Assembly: GCA_041650995.1 (NCBI GenBank)
Contig: JBAZJZ010000002.1
Coordinates: 77,344 to 141,343 of the forward strand
DNA: 64,000 bases
Reading direction: 5' to 3'
Source of the DNA: Patescibacteria group bacterium
Lineage (GTDB): Bacteria; Patescibacteriota; Patescibacteriia; XYB2-FULL-38-15
The notes below the pieces were generated by a model that saw nothing but the letters and a program-made list of their open reading frames with translations, did no database searches and was not told where the DNA came from. How positions within the stretch are numbered: position 1 is the first letter of the stretch; the number at the start of each line of letters is the position of its first letter. This document shows, piece after piece, positions 16,512 to 26,558 of this stretch. A program made the position numbers and the translations under genes.

Positions 16512-16982
16512 ATGTCATATTTTCGCAAAACAATGCTTATCAATTTTTTGATAAGTATTTTGTTTTTGGTTGATAGACTGACAAAGTGGCTGGCCTTTAA
16601 AATTTCCGAAGGAGGGATTTTTTTGTGGTCAAAAAAATTCGTCGGCTTACATCTTTATAAAAATTTTAATTTGATTTTTAATATTACTCTGCCAGAGTGG
16701 GCGATGTATGGCCTGATCAGTATAATTTTAGCGGTACTTATTTTTCTTTTGGTTAAAAACTATATTTTGAAAAATATTTTTTTAATTTTTTCCTTAAGTC
16801 TAATTATTGCCGGCGCAATGAGTAATTTGTTTGATCGCTTGTATTTTGGTTTTGTGGTGGATTTTATAAATTTTTTTGATTACTCATTTTTTAATTTATC
16901 AGATGTTTATATTATTAGCGGTGTTGGTCTAATTTTTATTTCAGAGTTTATCTTAAAAAGAGAAAAGGCGTTTAATGGTTGA
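16512..16982 (+). CDS. lspA: lipoprotein signal peptidase (signal peptidase II)
   Basis: Carries the DRLTK, NLFDR and GFVVDFI motifs in a 4-TM protein. Confidence 0.85.
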   Translation: MSYFRKTMLINFLISILFLVDRLTKWLAFKISEGGIFLWSKKFVGLHLYKNFNLIFNITLPEWAMYGLISIILAVLIFLLVKNYILKNIFLIFSLSLIIAGAMSNLFDRLYFGFVVDFINFFDYSFFNLSDVYIISGVGLIFISEFILKREKAFNG

Positions 16983-16993
16983 AAAATTTATTT

Positions 16994-18592
16994 ATGTCTT
17001 CAAAAATTTTTTCCGCGGCGATAGTCGGACTGGACGCAGAGCTTGTGGAGGTTGAAGCCGATATTTCTCCGGGGCTCAGCCATTTTACGATTGTGGGTTT
17101 GCCAGATGCGGCGGTTCAGGAATCGCGCGAACGAGTGCGCGCTGCCATTAAAAATAGCGAATTGCCCTTTCCTCGGACGCGAGTCACGGTAAATCTCGCC
17201 CCAGCCGATTTAAAAAAAGAAGGGCCAGCTTATGATTTACCCGTTGCTATCGCCGTTCTTTTAGCTTCAAAATTTTTAGTATTACCGAAAAAAGAAGAAG
17301 ATAAAATAAAAAATTTGGAAATTTTTCCGGAAAGAAAGATTTCAACGAACCTTTTTTGTCCTGACGCTCTTTTTGTCGGCGAGCTGGCGCTTGATGGAAT
17401 TTTGCGGCCGGTGAATGGAATTTTAGCCATTGCTTCCGCTGCCAGGGCTCGCGGGATAAAAATTTTATATGTCCCCGAAGCCAACGCCCGGGAAGCAAGT
17501 TTGATTGAAAATTTAGAAATTATTCCAGTAAAAAATATTTTTCAGTTGGTCGGCCACTTAGCGGGAAAAAATTTAATTACGCCGTTTTCCCGCGAAGAAT
17601 CTTTTGATTTTAAAGATGCTACTATAAGCGATGAAGAAAATTTTGACATGGCTTATGTCCGCGGGCAAGAATATGCGAAACGCGCTTTAGAAATTGTTGC
17701 CGCCGGCGGCCACAACCTCCTAATGTCAGGTCCCCCGGGATCAGGAAAAACTTTACTTTCAAAAACATTGCCATCAATTTTGCCCGCGCTTACTATGGAT
17801 GAAGCGCTTGAAGTTACAAGAATTTATTCCGTGGCCGGAGTTTTGCCACCGGATTTGCCGCTTATAACTCGCCGGCCGTTTCGAAGCCCGCACCATACAG
17901 CCTCTAATGTATCGCTCGTAGGCGGCGGGGCTTGGCCGCGGCCAGGAGAAGTAAGTTTATCTCATCGGGGTGTTTTATTTTTGGATGAACTTCCTGAATT
18001 TAACCGCGCTGTTCTTGAAAGCTTGCGCCAGCCACTTGAAGACGGCGTTGTCACGATTTCCCGCGCCGCGGGAAGCTTACAATTTCCCGCAAAATTTATT
18101 TTGGTTGCCGCGCGAAATCCTTGCCCCTGCGGTTACAATACCGATCCAGAGAAATTATGCGTTTGTTCACCGTCGACAATTTTACGTTATCAGAAAAAAA
18201 TTTCCGGGCCACTGTTAGACAGAATTGATTTGCATATTGAAGTGCCTCGGGTAAAGTTTGAAAAATTGGCTGAAGAAAGAGTAGCGGAAAGTTCTGCGGA
18301 GATTAAAAAACGCGCGGAACGGGCGCGGGATTTGCAGCGGAAAAGATACAAGGGTTGTAAAATTTTGACGAATGCGGAATTATCCTCGAAGTTAATAAAA
18401 GATTTTTGCCAAATTGATGAACCAAGCCAGGAGTTTTTAAAAAATGCCGTGACACAGATGCGTTTGTCCGCTCGCGCCTATTATCGTTTGTTAAAAATTT
18501 CTCGGACGATCGCCGACTTGTCCGGCGAAGAAAAAATTTTGCTGCCACACGTGGCTGAAGCATTGCAATATCGCGCTAAATCGGCGGAATAA
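16994..18592 (+). CDS. comM: YifB/ComM Mg-chelatase-like AAA+ ATPase
   Basis: MSSKIFSAAIVGLDAELVEVEADIS... followed by the AAA+ core (LLMSGPPGSGKT) and the C-terminal ChlI domain. The ATG at 16994 is preferred over the GTG at 16979. Confidence 0.9.
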   Translation: MSSKIFSAAIVGLDAELVEVEADISPGLSHFTIVGLPDAAVQESRERVRAAIKNSELPFPRTRVTVNLAPADLKKEGPAYDLPVAIAVLLASKFLVLPKKEEDKIKNLEIFPERKISTNLFCPDALFVGELALDGILRPVNGILAIASAARARGIKILYVPEANAREASLIENLEIIPVKNIFQLVGHLAGKNLITPFSREESFDFKDATISDEENFDMAYVRGQEYAKRALEIVAAGGHNLLMSGPPGSGKTLLSKTLPSILPALTMDEALEVTRIYSVAGVLPPDLPLITRRPFRSPHHTASNVSLVGGGAWPRPGEVSLSHRGVLFLDELPEFNRAVLESLRQPLEDGVVTISRAAGSLQFPAKFILVAARNPCPCGYNTDPEKLCVCSPSTILRYQKKISGPLLDRIDLHIEVPRVKFEKLAEERVAESSAEIKKRAERARDLQRKRYKGCKILTNAELSSKLIKDFCQIDEPSQEFLKNAVTQMRLSARAYYRLLKISRTIADLSGEEKILLPHVAEALQYRAKSAE

Positions 18593-18641
18593 ATATTAGA
18601 TAAATAAAAAACATCGGCGGGAATGCCGATGGTTTTATTTA

Positions 18642-20009
18642 TTATTTTATATAGTTCAAAGGATTATAAATTTTACCATTGATTCTGACTTCGAAATGGA
18701 GATGAGGGCCAGTGGAGCGGCCGGTTGAGCCTTCCAAACCAATCTCTTGGCCTCTTTTAACGGTTTCGCCATTCTTAACATAGATTGTAGTCATGTGTCC
18801 ATACAAGGTTACAACACCATCTCCGTGATCAATCATAACATTATGCCCATAGCCGGTATTTATGTATTGGACGCGAGAAACCACGCCATCGTCGGCGGCG
18901 AGAATTGGAGTGCCAGCCGGACAAGCAATATCCACACCAGTATGTCTCCATCCAAAATACTGAGAGATACGGCTACAGCCGATCGGCCAGAGCATTTTTC
19001 CGCTTGTTGGGACTGGTGTAGTTTGAGAAGGAATAGTTACGGTATTTCTGCTGGCTACAGTAGTACGCGGAGCTGGCGCCGGTGCCGGAGTCGGAACTTT
19101 CCCATCTGGCACCATGATGTATTCTCCAATTTTAATATCACTTGTGTCTGGTAGGGCGTTTGATTCTAATATTTTTTCTGCGTCAGCGCTGTAGTATTTG
19201 GCAATTTTATCCACTGTATCGCCACTTTTTACTTTATGTAATACGCCACTCGTCGGCAAAATAACAAGCTTATCGCCCGGGCGAATTGTGCTTCTTTCAG
19301 TGAGGCTATTTGCCCAAAGAATAGTATTTACGCTGATGCTAAACTTTTCGGCGATGCTGCCGATGGTGTCGCCGCCCAAAACCTGATAGTCAATAATTTT
19401 TGTCCGGCTGCCGGAATCGGCGATTGAAGAAATGTTGGGATTTAAAAGCGCGCTATCATTTTCTCTGGCAATGATTGGTAAATCGCCGGAAAAATCTTCG
19501 CTGTTTAAAGTTGCAGTAGGGAGGGAAATGCTGACATCTTCAAGATAACTTGTTGTTTTAATGCCGCCCACGTCAGCTGTTTCTTGGACAAAATCATTAA
19601 ATTCAGAATCCCCGCTGTAGGATAAGGTATAGAGAATACTTTTTTTACCGATTTGTTCAACATTTTCAAGCGAGGCCGCTTTGGCGCTTAAGCTCGATAC
19701 CGCAGAAAGAAGCGCAATCAGGGCGATGACCGTATGGGTGACGTAACGGCGGGTAAGGGGATAAATAATTTTTACCTTGATTGGCGCATAAATTTTATCC
19801 CACCCGCGGATTTTTATAAAAAAAGCAATTTTATAGATTTTTACCGCAAATGAAAAAAGGACAGTTTTGCTAAACCATGAGATTGGTTTTATGACTGTCC
19901 AGGTTAAGATGAGAACAATGAGATTTTTAAGATGTACTAATCCGTTCAACAGGCCAACCAAGAGCTTGATGCCGGCTTTTTTCAGCAAGAATAAAGCATT
20001 TTGTGCCAT
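18642..20009 (-). CDS. M23-family metallopeptidase with LysM domains
   Basis: Two LysM repeats precede a C-terminal HxxxD...HLHFE M23 catalytic domain. Start chosen at MAQNAL (20009) because a promoter lies immediately upstream. Confidence 0.85.
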   Translation of the reverse strand: MAQNALFLLKKAGIKLLVGLLNGLVHLKNLIVLILTWTVIKPISWFSKTVLFSFAVKIYKIAFFIKIRGWDKIYAPIKVKIIYPLTRRYVTHTVIALIALLSAVSSLSAKAASLENVEQIGKKSILYTLSYSGDSEFNDFVQETADVGGIKTTSYLEDVSISLPTATLNSEDFSGDLPIIARENDSALLNPNISSIADSGSRTKIIDYQVLGGDTIGSIAEKFSISVNTILWANSLTERSTIRPGDKLVILPTSGVLHKVKSGDTVDKIAKYYSADAEKILESNALPDTSDIKIGEYIMVPDGKVPTPAPAPAPRTTVASRNTVTIPSQTTPVPTSGKMLWPIGCSRISQYFGWRHTGVDIACPAGTPILAADDGVVSRVQYINTGYGHNVMIDHGDGVVTLYGHMTTIYVKNGETVKRGQEIGLEGSTGRSTGPHLHFEVRINGKIYNPLNYIK

Positions 20010-20025
20010 ATGTAATTCAATTGTA

Positions 20026-20054
20026 ATCATACCAGAAAGGGGAGGAACTGTCAA
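20026..20054 (-). promoter_or_regulatory. promoter with TTGACA, a 17-nt spacer, then TATGAT; leaves a ~9-nt leader before the ATG at 20009
   Basis: Minus strand reads ttgacagttcctcccctttctggtatgattacaattgaattacatATG. Confidence 0.5.
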
Positions 20055-20154
20055 TCCCTTGGCCAGAGGTGGTTGACAAATAGGTTAAAGCGTGTTATTA
20101 TAAATCGTTAGTAAAAAAAGTTATTCCTTGCCTTATTTTGGCACTATTATTCTT

Positions 20155-20225
20155 CGAGCGGAGCGAAGCGGAGTCGAGAAGCGGTTCTCGACTCGGACTA
20201 AAATCCTCGCTCGAACAGTAAAGAA
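20155..20225. other. GC-rich structured element containing a perfect 10-bp hairpin
   Basis: gagtcgagaa-gcgg-ttctcgactc is nested in ttcgagcg...cgctcgaa. Confidence 0.35.
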
Positions 20226-20342
20226 TCAAAACAAGGCTGGGAATTCCCCGGCTGGTCTTGCCTTCCGGCGAATCGGACTTGGTGCGGGCAATGGTGTCCG
20301 TGCTTTGTTCGAACTACCGGCGGGTGAGGGAGGAAAGAGACG

Positions 20343-20990
20343 ATGGCGAAGGTGACGTTGGCTCAACTGCACGAACTGGGAGAGCAGATCAAGCGCGGCC
20401 AGATTCCGGTATGGAAGGCGCGGGCCGTTTTCGGACTTTCCGAGAAGGAAACGGAAACGCCGCTTGACATGTACTTGGCTCTGACCAAGGCCGCCAAGGC
20501 CGAGCTCATGACGGCCGAGCAGCTGCAGGCGCTTCTCGAAGGGAAGGACGAGACCCTCGGGATCTTCAAGGTAACGGTGGACTACGGCCTCACCCTCGAG
20601 CAGATGATCGCCGCCGGTCGCTACAATAATTCCGGCGACGACATCAACGAGCTGACCTTCCCGGTTTCGGGCGAGGGCAAAGTAGAGCGCGAGCTCGTCC
20701 TCGTCCCCTTGCGCAATGTGGTCTCTACGGACGACGCTCTTGTTGAACTCGACCGCCGCGGCCTCCGTCCCGCGAAGATTGAGGAACTTCTGGCTTTCAG
20801 CGCTAGTCTCTCCTGGCCCTGGACGTGGTTCTCCATCGTGGCCCTCGGCCCCTCGTTCGTGGGTTGGACGGATCGTCGCTGTTTCGTCTGCCATGACAGG
20901 TGTGGCGAGGAGCTTACTCTCAGAGTGCGCAGCGACGCGAACGATTGGTGTGGCTGGACGTTCCTCGCCGTCCGCAAGGACGCCGCGTAG
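20343..20990 (+). CDS. hypothetical protein (215 aa), GC-rich, Trp/Cys-rich C-terminus
   Basis: GGGAGG RBS 8 nt upstream of the ATG. I recognise no domain. An antisense ORF overlaps it, which is expected in GC-rich DNA. Confidence 0.5.
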   Translation: MAKVTLAQLHELGEQIKRGQIPVWKARAVFGLSEKETETPLDMYLALTKAAKAELMTAEQLQALLEGKDETLGIFKVTVDYGLTLEQMIAAGRYNNSGDDINELTFPVSGEGKVERELVLVPLRNVVSTDDALVELDRRGLRPAKIEELLAFSASLSWPWTWFSIVALGPSFVGWTDRRCFVCHDRCGEELTLRVRSDANDWCGWTFLAVRKDAA

Positions 20991-21254
20991 TTTGTTCTTC
21001 ATCCTGACCCTTTCGGCCTCGGCCGAGAAAGTTGGGTGGAACGGACTGCTGGACTCCTACAAGGTGTAACAACTTTGTGGGGGTCTTTTTTATATAAAAA
21101 TTTCCCCCTCCTCTTTGAGGAGGGGTCAGGGGTGGTGAAATTTTGTCGGAACCACCCCAGCCCCTCCTTGGAAAGGAAGGGAATAAAAGGAGACACGGGA
21201 TCTCTTTACAATTTAATGATTTTAATGTAAATTTAACAAATAATAATTAACTTG

Positions 21255-21345
21255 TGAGCAGTTATTGCCTGAGCTTGTCGAAGGCATAACTGGGTAAAAC
21301 TAAAATTTTAACCCTTCGATTTCGCTCGGGGAATAAAATTTTAGT
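21255..21345. repeat. GCCTGAGCYTGTCGAAGGC...TTCGCTCGGGGAAT element, copy 2, with a 28-nt loop insertion
   Basis: gcctgagcttgtcgaaggcataactgggtaaaactaaaattttaacccttcgatttcgctcggggaataaaatt. Confidence 0.4.
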
Positions 21346-21364
21346 TTCTCATGAAAATCAAACT

Positions 21365-23386
21365 ATGTTGTATTTTCTGCTTTTCTCTTTGGGCGCGGCA
21401 ATTTTGGCCATCGTTTTTGGGTTTCTGCTCATGCGATGGATTTTAAAACTTCCGGCCGGAGACGAAAAAATGCAATCAATTGCCAAGGCCATTCAAGAGG
21501 GGGCCAAGGCGTATTTGAACCGGCAGTACAAAACCGTGGCGGTTGTCGCGGTCGTCTTATTTATTCTGCTCCTCTTCTTGGGAATTTACGCTTCGCTCGG
21601 GTTTTTGGTTGGCGCGGCAGCTTCGGCTTTAGCCGGCTATATTGGCATGTACATTTCCGTGCGGGCCAATGTCCGGACAACCGAAGCGGCAAAGAGCGGT
21701 TTGAAAAATGCCTTGAATGTCGCTTTCCGCGGAGGCACAGTGACGGGTTTAATGGTTGTTGGTTTAGCACTTTTATCCGTGACCGGATTTTTTATGCTTT
21801 TGGTTTTTGTTTTTAAACAAGATCCAGTTTCCGCGACTAAAGCTTTGGTTGGTTTAGGTTTTGGTGGTTCGTTGATTTCTGTCTTCGCTCGTTTGGGCGG
21901 AGGAATTTATACCAAGGGCGCTGATGTCGGCGCGGACCTTGTTGGAAAAGTTGAGGCCGGGATTCCGGAAGATGATCCAAGAAATCCGGCGGTAATTGCC
22001 GACAATGTCGGTGACAATGTTGGCGATTGCGCGGGCATGGCGGCAGACTTGTTTGAGACTTATGCGGTTTCGGCGATCGCCGCGATGTTACTCGGCGTGC
22101 TTCTTTTGCCGAATTTTTCTAACGCTTTGATTTATCCGTTGCTCCTCGGTGGAGTTTCTATTATTTGTTCAATTATCGGAACATTTTTTGTCCGTCTCGG
22201 AAAAAAACAGGGGATAATGGCCGCGCTTTACAAAGGATTAGTGGCGAGCGCGGTGCTCGCGGCCGCGGCGTTTTATCCGATTACCACCTGGCTCATGAAA
22301 GGCAACGGATCTTTTGAAGTTTGGAAATTATATGTTGTGGCGCTCGTCGGAATTGTCATAACTTTTGGCATGATGGCGATTACCGAATATTACACTTCAA
22401 AAAAATATCGGCCGGTGCGGGAAATCGCCAAGGCCTCAACTACCGGACATGGGACAAACATTATCACCGGTCTAGCGATGTCTATGGAATCAACGGCTAT
22501 GCCAGTGCTTTTGATTGTCGCGGGAATTTTGGTTTCTTTCTGGCTTGCGGGAATTTACGGCGTGGCGATTGCGGTTATGACAATGTTATCTATGACCGGA
22601 ATTATTGTGGCGATTGACGCGTTTGGTCCAATTACAGATAATGCTGGCGGCATTGCGGAAATGGCTGGACTTCCAAAAGAAGTTCGCGACGTGACTGATC
22701 CACTAGACGCGGTCGGCAACACAACCAAGGCCGTGACAAAAGCTTACGCTATTGCCTCGGCCGGACTCGCGGCGCTTGTGCTTTTTGCATCTTATGTCCA
22801 TGAAATCACGGCGCTTGGATTTAAGGATAATATTTTTGATTTATCAGATCCAAAAATCATTGCAGGTTTGTTTATTGGCGGCTTGCTCCCATATTTATTT
22901 GGTTCAATGGCCATGCGCGCTGTTGGCAAAGCCGGTGGAAAAGTGGTTGACGAGGTTCGCCGACAATGGAAAGAAATCCCCGGTTTGATGGAAGGCACAG
23001 CCAAGGCTGATTACGCGGCTTGTGTGGACATTGTTACCAAGTCCGCGATCCGCCAGATGATTGTCCCTGCGCTCTTGCCGGTTGTCGCGCCGATTGCGGT
23101 GGGACTGCTTCTTGGACCAAAAGCGCTTGGCGGATTATTGGTGGGCAGCATTGTTACAGGTTTGTTTGTTGGAATTTCTATGACTTCAGGTGGCGCGGCT
23201 TGGGATAATTCAAAGAAGTTTATTGAAGAAGGAAATTATGGTGGTAAAGGATCTTTTGCCCATCAGGCGGCGGTGACAGGCGATACTGTTGGTGATCCCT
23301 ACAAAGATACGGCCGGTCCGGCGATTAACCCGATGATTAAAGTTTTGAACATTGTTGCTCTTTTAATTATTGGATTGTTAATTTAA
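21365..23386 (+). CDS. hppA: membrane-bound proton/sodium-translocating pyrophosphatase
   Basis: 673 aa with ~15 TM helices and the conserved GGG...DNVGDNVGD motifs. Confidence 0.95.
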   Translation: MLYFLLFSLGAAILAIVFGFLLMRWILKLPAGDEKMQSIAKAIQEGAKAYLNRQYKTVAVVAVVLFILLLFLGIYASLGFLVGAAASALAGYIGMYISVRANVRTTEAAKSGLKNALNVAFRGGTVTGLMVVGLALLSVTGFFMLLVFVFKQDPVSATKALVGLGFGGSLISVFARLGGGIYTKGADVGADLVGKVEAGIPEDDPRNPAVIADNVGDNVGDCAGMAADLFETYAVSAIAAMLLGVLLLPNFSNALIYPLLLGGVSIICSIIGTFFVRLGKKQGIMAALYKGLVASAVLAAAAFYPITTWLMKGNGSFEVWKLYVVALVGIVITFGMMAITEYYTSKKYRPVREIAKASTTGHGTNIITGLAMSMESTAMPVLLIVAGILVSFWLAGIYGVAIAVMTMLSMTGIIVAIDAFGPITDNAGGIAEMAGLPKEVRDVTDPLDAVGNTTKAVTKAYAIASAGLAALVLFASYVHEITALGFKDNIFDLSDPKIIAGLFIGGLLPYLFGSMAMRAVGKAGGKVVDEVRRQWKEIPGLMEGTAKADYAACVDIVTKSAIRQMIVPALLPVVAPIAVGLLLGPKALGGLLVGSIVTGLFVGISMTSGGAAWDNSKKFIEEGNYGGKGSFAHQAAVTGDTVGDPYKDTAGPAINPMIKVLNIVALLIIGLLI

Positions 23387-23404
23387 GAGCTAGAAACAAA
23401 GGCT

Positions 23405-23445
23405 CCGCTCGCCATTTAGGCGAGCGGAGTTTTCTTTGGTTAATG
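23405..23445 (+). terminator. rho-independent terminator after hppA
   Basis: ctccgctcgcc-attta-ggcgagcggag is followed by ttttctttgg. Confidence 0.6.
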
Positions 23446-23525
23446 TTTATTTTTCTCAAAATCTCCGCACTTTTTTGCGGGCGGTTTTTATTTAGAAAAA
23501 ATATGCAATAATTTTATTTATCCCC

Positions 23526-23553
23526 TTGACAAGATTTTTGTATATGTTATGAT
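23526..23553 (+). promoter_or_regulatory. promoter with TTGACA, a 16-nt spacer, then TATGAT
   Basis: ttgacaagatttttgtatatgttatgat. Confidence 0.55.
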
Positions 23554-23559
23554 AACTTG

Positions 23560-23690
23560 TTCGGAATAAAAACCACCGGAAACCTGCAGACACGACAAGC
23601 ACGGGGGTTAATTCTGCGTTCGCTTGGCTCTGGCTCAGCAAAGCGCGGAAATAACTCTCTTGTCTGCAGATTCCCAGTGGTTTTTTGTTT
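23560..23690 (+). ncRNA. candidate ~130-nt non-coding RNA built on a long imperfect inverted repeat that closes into a T-run
   Basis: aaaaccaccggaaacctgcagacacgacaag ... cttgtctgcagattcccagtggtttttt, with a GC-rich apical region. Its 3' end overlaps the stop of the convergent VanW gene. Confidence 0.45.
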
Positions 23691-25698
23691 AAAAAGTAAG
23701 AGGATTCAAGGCGGGATCAGGGATTCCGTCTGGGCTAGTTGGGACTGTTGTTGGTATTTCCGGGATGGCATTTGGAGTTGGGGCTTTTCCCACAAGGCAT
23801 ACCGCGCTCCAAGGAACGTAATGGCTTGTCCATGTTTCAGTTTTTATTTCGCCATCTTTAAAAGTAATAGTGCGGTCGAATTCCGCGTCCGCTCCAGTAT
23901 GCGCCCGCTCAGTGCATTTTTTTACCCCTGGAGCAAGGTCTGTAGTTTCAACTATTTTAGTAGGACCAGGGCTTACGAAGTTATAGATTTTGGGTTTTGT
24001 TATTTCCACTTTTCGGCCGTCAGGCGTCCCCCAAAGTTCAAAAGTCAAATCGTTGCCATCGATTTTTGTTTGGAGCAGAAGATAGGCGGGTGTATCATTA
24101 ATAAATTTTAAATCAGGGCTTGGGCTGTAAATTGTTGCATCCATTCCCGCCGGTTCATAATAGGTAACGCGGTAAGAATGCGGACGGCGTTCGGTGATAG
24201 GTACGCCAGCGTCAAGCGCTACGCGAAAAGCGGTTGTTCCAATCTGGCAAAGACCACCACCGTATTCAGGAATAGTTTTATTTCCCTTAATAACAAGTTC
24301 AGGAAGATAGCCGGTCGAGCCATCAATGCTTCCCAAAGCTTTGTTTAAAGAAAACTCTTCGCCCGGGGCGATTAAAACACCGTTTAGTTTTGCCGCGCCA
24401 ATTTTAATATTGTGGCGGCGATTTACCGGACTACCTGAGAAATCAGACGTGCCTGTTCCAACTAATTCTTGAATCCCCAAATTGTTAATAGTGCCGATCG
24501 GAATTTGCGGCGCAGTAATTGTTACAATCATTTGAATAATTTCTTTTTTATCCGGTGCGGGATTTTTTGAACAAGCAGTCGGGATTTTAGTTTCATCAAA
24601 ATTTATTAAGTAATTATTTATAAGATTGTAACTGGCCTCAATATTTAATTTTTTTCCGCCTTGATGGAGTTGGAATTCTTTAACCACGCCGTTTTCTATG
24701 GTAAATTTTGCATTCTGCGGGGCAGTATCAATTTCTTCCGCTATTTTTTTTAAATACTCTTCCATTTTTTCTCTATTCAGTCCGGCCGTTACATTATTTT
24801 GAATGATTTGAAATTCAAGATAATCTCTGATTTCATCTTGTTTGATAATCCAGGTTTTTTCCGTTTCGCCTAAGGCCAAAAAACAAAGCATCGCCAATTT
24901 TTTGGCTCGTTCAGCAGCAGACGCGGTTTCGCTTTTTTTAATTTTCGCTTTTTCCGCGGTTAGTCTCAGGGTTGTTGAAGTATCATTAAGTTGGGAAACT
25001 TTAGAGAAGGCAGCGTTGATGGCTGGCAGATAATCAAAAGTCCAGCCATCTTCTTCGTCACTGACTTCAACTCGTATTTCATTGCCGTTTGGGACAAATT
25101 GTATTTTTGCGTCTTTTGGTTGTTTTTCTAAATAACCAAAACTTTCCCGCAGAACTTCTACAATTTCTTTTTCATCAGCTTGGTATTTTAGAGGAATTTT
25201 TTGGCCAAGCAATAAAATTTTAAATTGGCTTCCTAAGTTCTTCCAAAAATTTCCGCCACGGCCGAGGTCAAAAGCCTCATCAATAGTTTCATTATTTTTT
25301 AAAGAAAAAATTGTTCGGGAAAGATCGGGGTCGTTAGCTGCCGTTACGATGGGAACGAGAGAGGCTTTTTTATTTTGATAAATAAAAATAACCCCTTCTT
25401 CATTAAATTTTTTTGTCGCCTCCGCAAGAACGATTTTTGCTTCATCCTTGGTTTTTCCCCCTAAATTTACATTGCCAACCATTATGCCAGGGTAAATTTT
25501 GTTAGAAAAAATTTTTTCGTAAGCAAACACGGTTCCGGTTGGTAAAACAATTACCAACAAAAAAATGGCGATAAAAATTTTAAGCCATTTTTTAACGACA
25601 AATTTTTTCGGAGATTCTTCGGCCGGTTTTGACGAAACGATATCTAGTGAAAGTTTAGTTTTCTTTTTGTCCATCTTTTTTATTTTGCAAAATTTCAT
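23689..25698 (-). CDS. VanW-family secreted protein (PG_binding_4-like plus VanW domain)
   Basis: N-terminal TM/signal region. C-terminal GGGLCQIGTTAFRVALDAGVPITERRPHSYRVTYYEPAGMDATIY. Confidence 0.8.
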   Translation of the reverse strand: MKFCKIKKMDKKKTKLSLDIVSSKPAEESPKKFVVKKWLKIFIAIFLLVIVLPTGTVFAYEKIFSNKIYPGIMVGNVNLGGKTKDEAKIVLAEATKKFNEEGVIFIYQNKKASLVPIVTAANDPDLSRTIFSLKNNETIDEAFDLGRGGNFWKNLGSQFKILLLGQKIPLKYQADEKEIVEVLRESFGYLEKQPKDAKIQFVPNGNEIRVEVSDEEDGWTFDYLPAINAAFSKVSQLNDTSTTLRLTAEKAKIKKSETASAAERAKKLAMLCFLALGETEKTWIIKQDEIRDYLEFQIIQNNVTAGLNREKMEEYLKKIAEEIDTAPQNAKFTIENGVVKEFQLHQGGKKLNIEASYNLINNYLINFDETKIPTACSKNPAPDKKEIIQMIVTITAPQIPIGTINNLGIQELVGTGTSDFSGSPVNRRHNIKIGAAKLNGVLIAPGEEFSLNKALGSIDGSTGYLPELVIKGNKTIPEYGGGLCQIGTTAFRVALDAGVPITERRPHSYRVTYYEPAGMDATIYSPSPDLKFINDTPAYLLLQTKIDGNDLTFELWGTPDGRKVEITKPKIYNFVSPGPTKIVETTDLAPGVKKCTERAHTGADAEFDRTITFKDGEIKTETWTSHYVPWSAVCLVGKAPTPNAIPEIPTTVPTSPDGIPDPALNPLTF

Positions 25699-25894
25699 TC
25701 AAGAGAGTTTTTGCCAACTTAGTTCTTTCTTCTTCATCAGATTGGTTTGTGGAAATTGAGAGGCGGAGGGCCGCTCCTTCTTTCGCGTCTTCTGGTAAAT
25801 CAAGTTTTGGCCAAAGAAGTTCCTGGCCGTCTTCAGTTTTTATTACAGCTGAATCTCCTTCAAACCTGTCAATCGCCGCTTTTATAAATTTCAT
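25655..25894 (-). CDS. DUF3006-family small protein
   Basis: MKFIKAAIDRFEGDSAVIKTEDGQELLWPKLDLPEDAKEG. GAGGAG RBS. Confidence 0.7.
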   Translation of the reverse strand: MKFIKAAIDRFEGDSAVIKTEDGQELLWPKLDLPEDAKEGAALRLSISTNQSDEEERTKLAKTLLNEILQNKKDGQKEN

Positions 25895-25898
25895 AAAA

Positions 25899-26336
25899 TT
25901 AAAACTCCTCTTTAACTTTAATTTGAGCATCGGAAACTGCTTTGGGTAAAACGATCGTCAAAAGGCCATTTTTCAAAGTCGCTTTTATTTTGTCCGCCTT
26001 AACATCTTCGGGTAAAACAATGGTTCTGGAAAATCCTCCCCAGTAGCATTCGCGATACAAATAATCGGAAGGGTTAATACTGGCTTCGGCCTCCCGTTTT
26101 CCGCGAATAGTTAAAAGGTCATTGTCAACCATAATGTTCAGATCATCCGGCTTGACGCCGGCCACGGTTGAACGAACAACAATTTCTTTATCATTATGAT
26201 AAACATCAACCGAAAGCTGGCCTTCATAGTCTTTTGAGAGCCAAGTATGATGTTCCTCGCCCGATTCTTTCTGAACGGGGAAAAAATTTTCCTCTTCGGG
26301 TTTTTGGTTTTTTAGTGGAAAGAGGTCTTTGAGCAT
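25899..26336 (-). CDS. Hsp20/alpha-crystallin small heat-shock protein
   Basis: alpha-crystallin domain ...LSVDVYHNDKEIVVRSTVAGVKPDDLNIMVDNDLLTIRGKRE...GLLTIVLPK. Confidence 0.9.
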   Translation of the reverse strand: MLKDLFPLKNQKPEEENFFPVQKESGEEHHTWLSKDYEGQLSVDVYHNDKEIVVRSTVAGVKPDDLNIMVDNDLLTIRGKREAEASINPSDYLYRECYWGGFSRTIVLPEDVKADKIKATLKNGLLTIVLPKAVSDAQIKVKEEF

Positions 26337-26420
26337 AAGCTTAAAATAAGTTATCTTATTATATAAGATTTTGAAATAGTTGTCAAAATTTTTATTCTTT
26401 GTTATTATGGTAAATAACTT

Positions 26421-26498
26421 GGCCCTATCGTCTAGTCTGGTCTAGGACACCACGCTTTCAATGTGGTAACCCGGGTTCGAATCCCGGTGGGGCTACCA
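26421..26498 (+). tRNA. tRNA-Glu (anticodon TTC) with encoded CCA
   Basis: GGCCCTATCGTCTAGTCTGGTCTAGGACACCACGCTTTCAATGTGGTAACCCGGGTTCGAATCCCGGTGGGGCTACCA, followed by a terminator. Confidence 0.85.
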
Positions 26499-26558
26499 TG
26501 ACAACATCACGTAGAACCCGTTTGGCGGGTTTATTTTTTTAGAGTAAAATACCAATAT

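Noticed and set aside
20226-21002. 258-aa minus-strand ORF overlapping the 20343-20990 plus-strand ORF
   Set aside because: It is Arg/Gly/Pro-rich and low-complexity, with no RBS. It is the long antisense frame typical of GC-rich DNA. The plus-strand frame has a GGGAGG RBS and an ATG.
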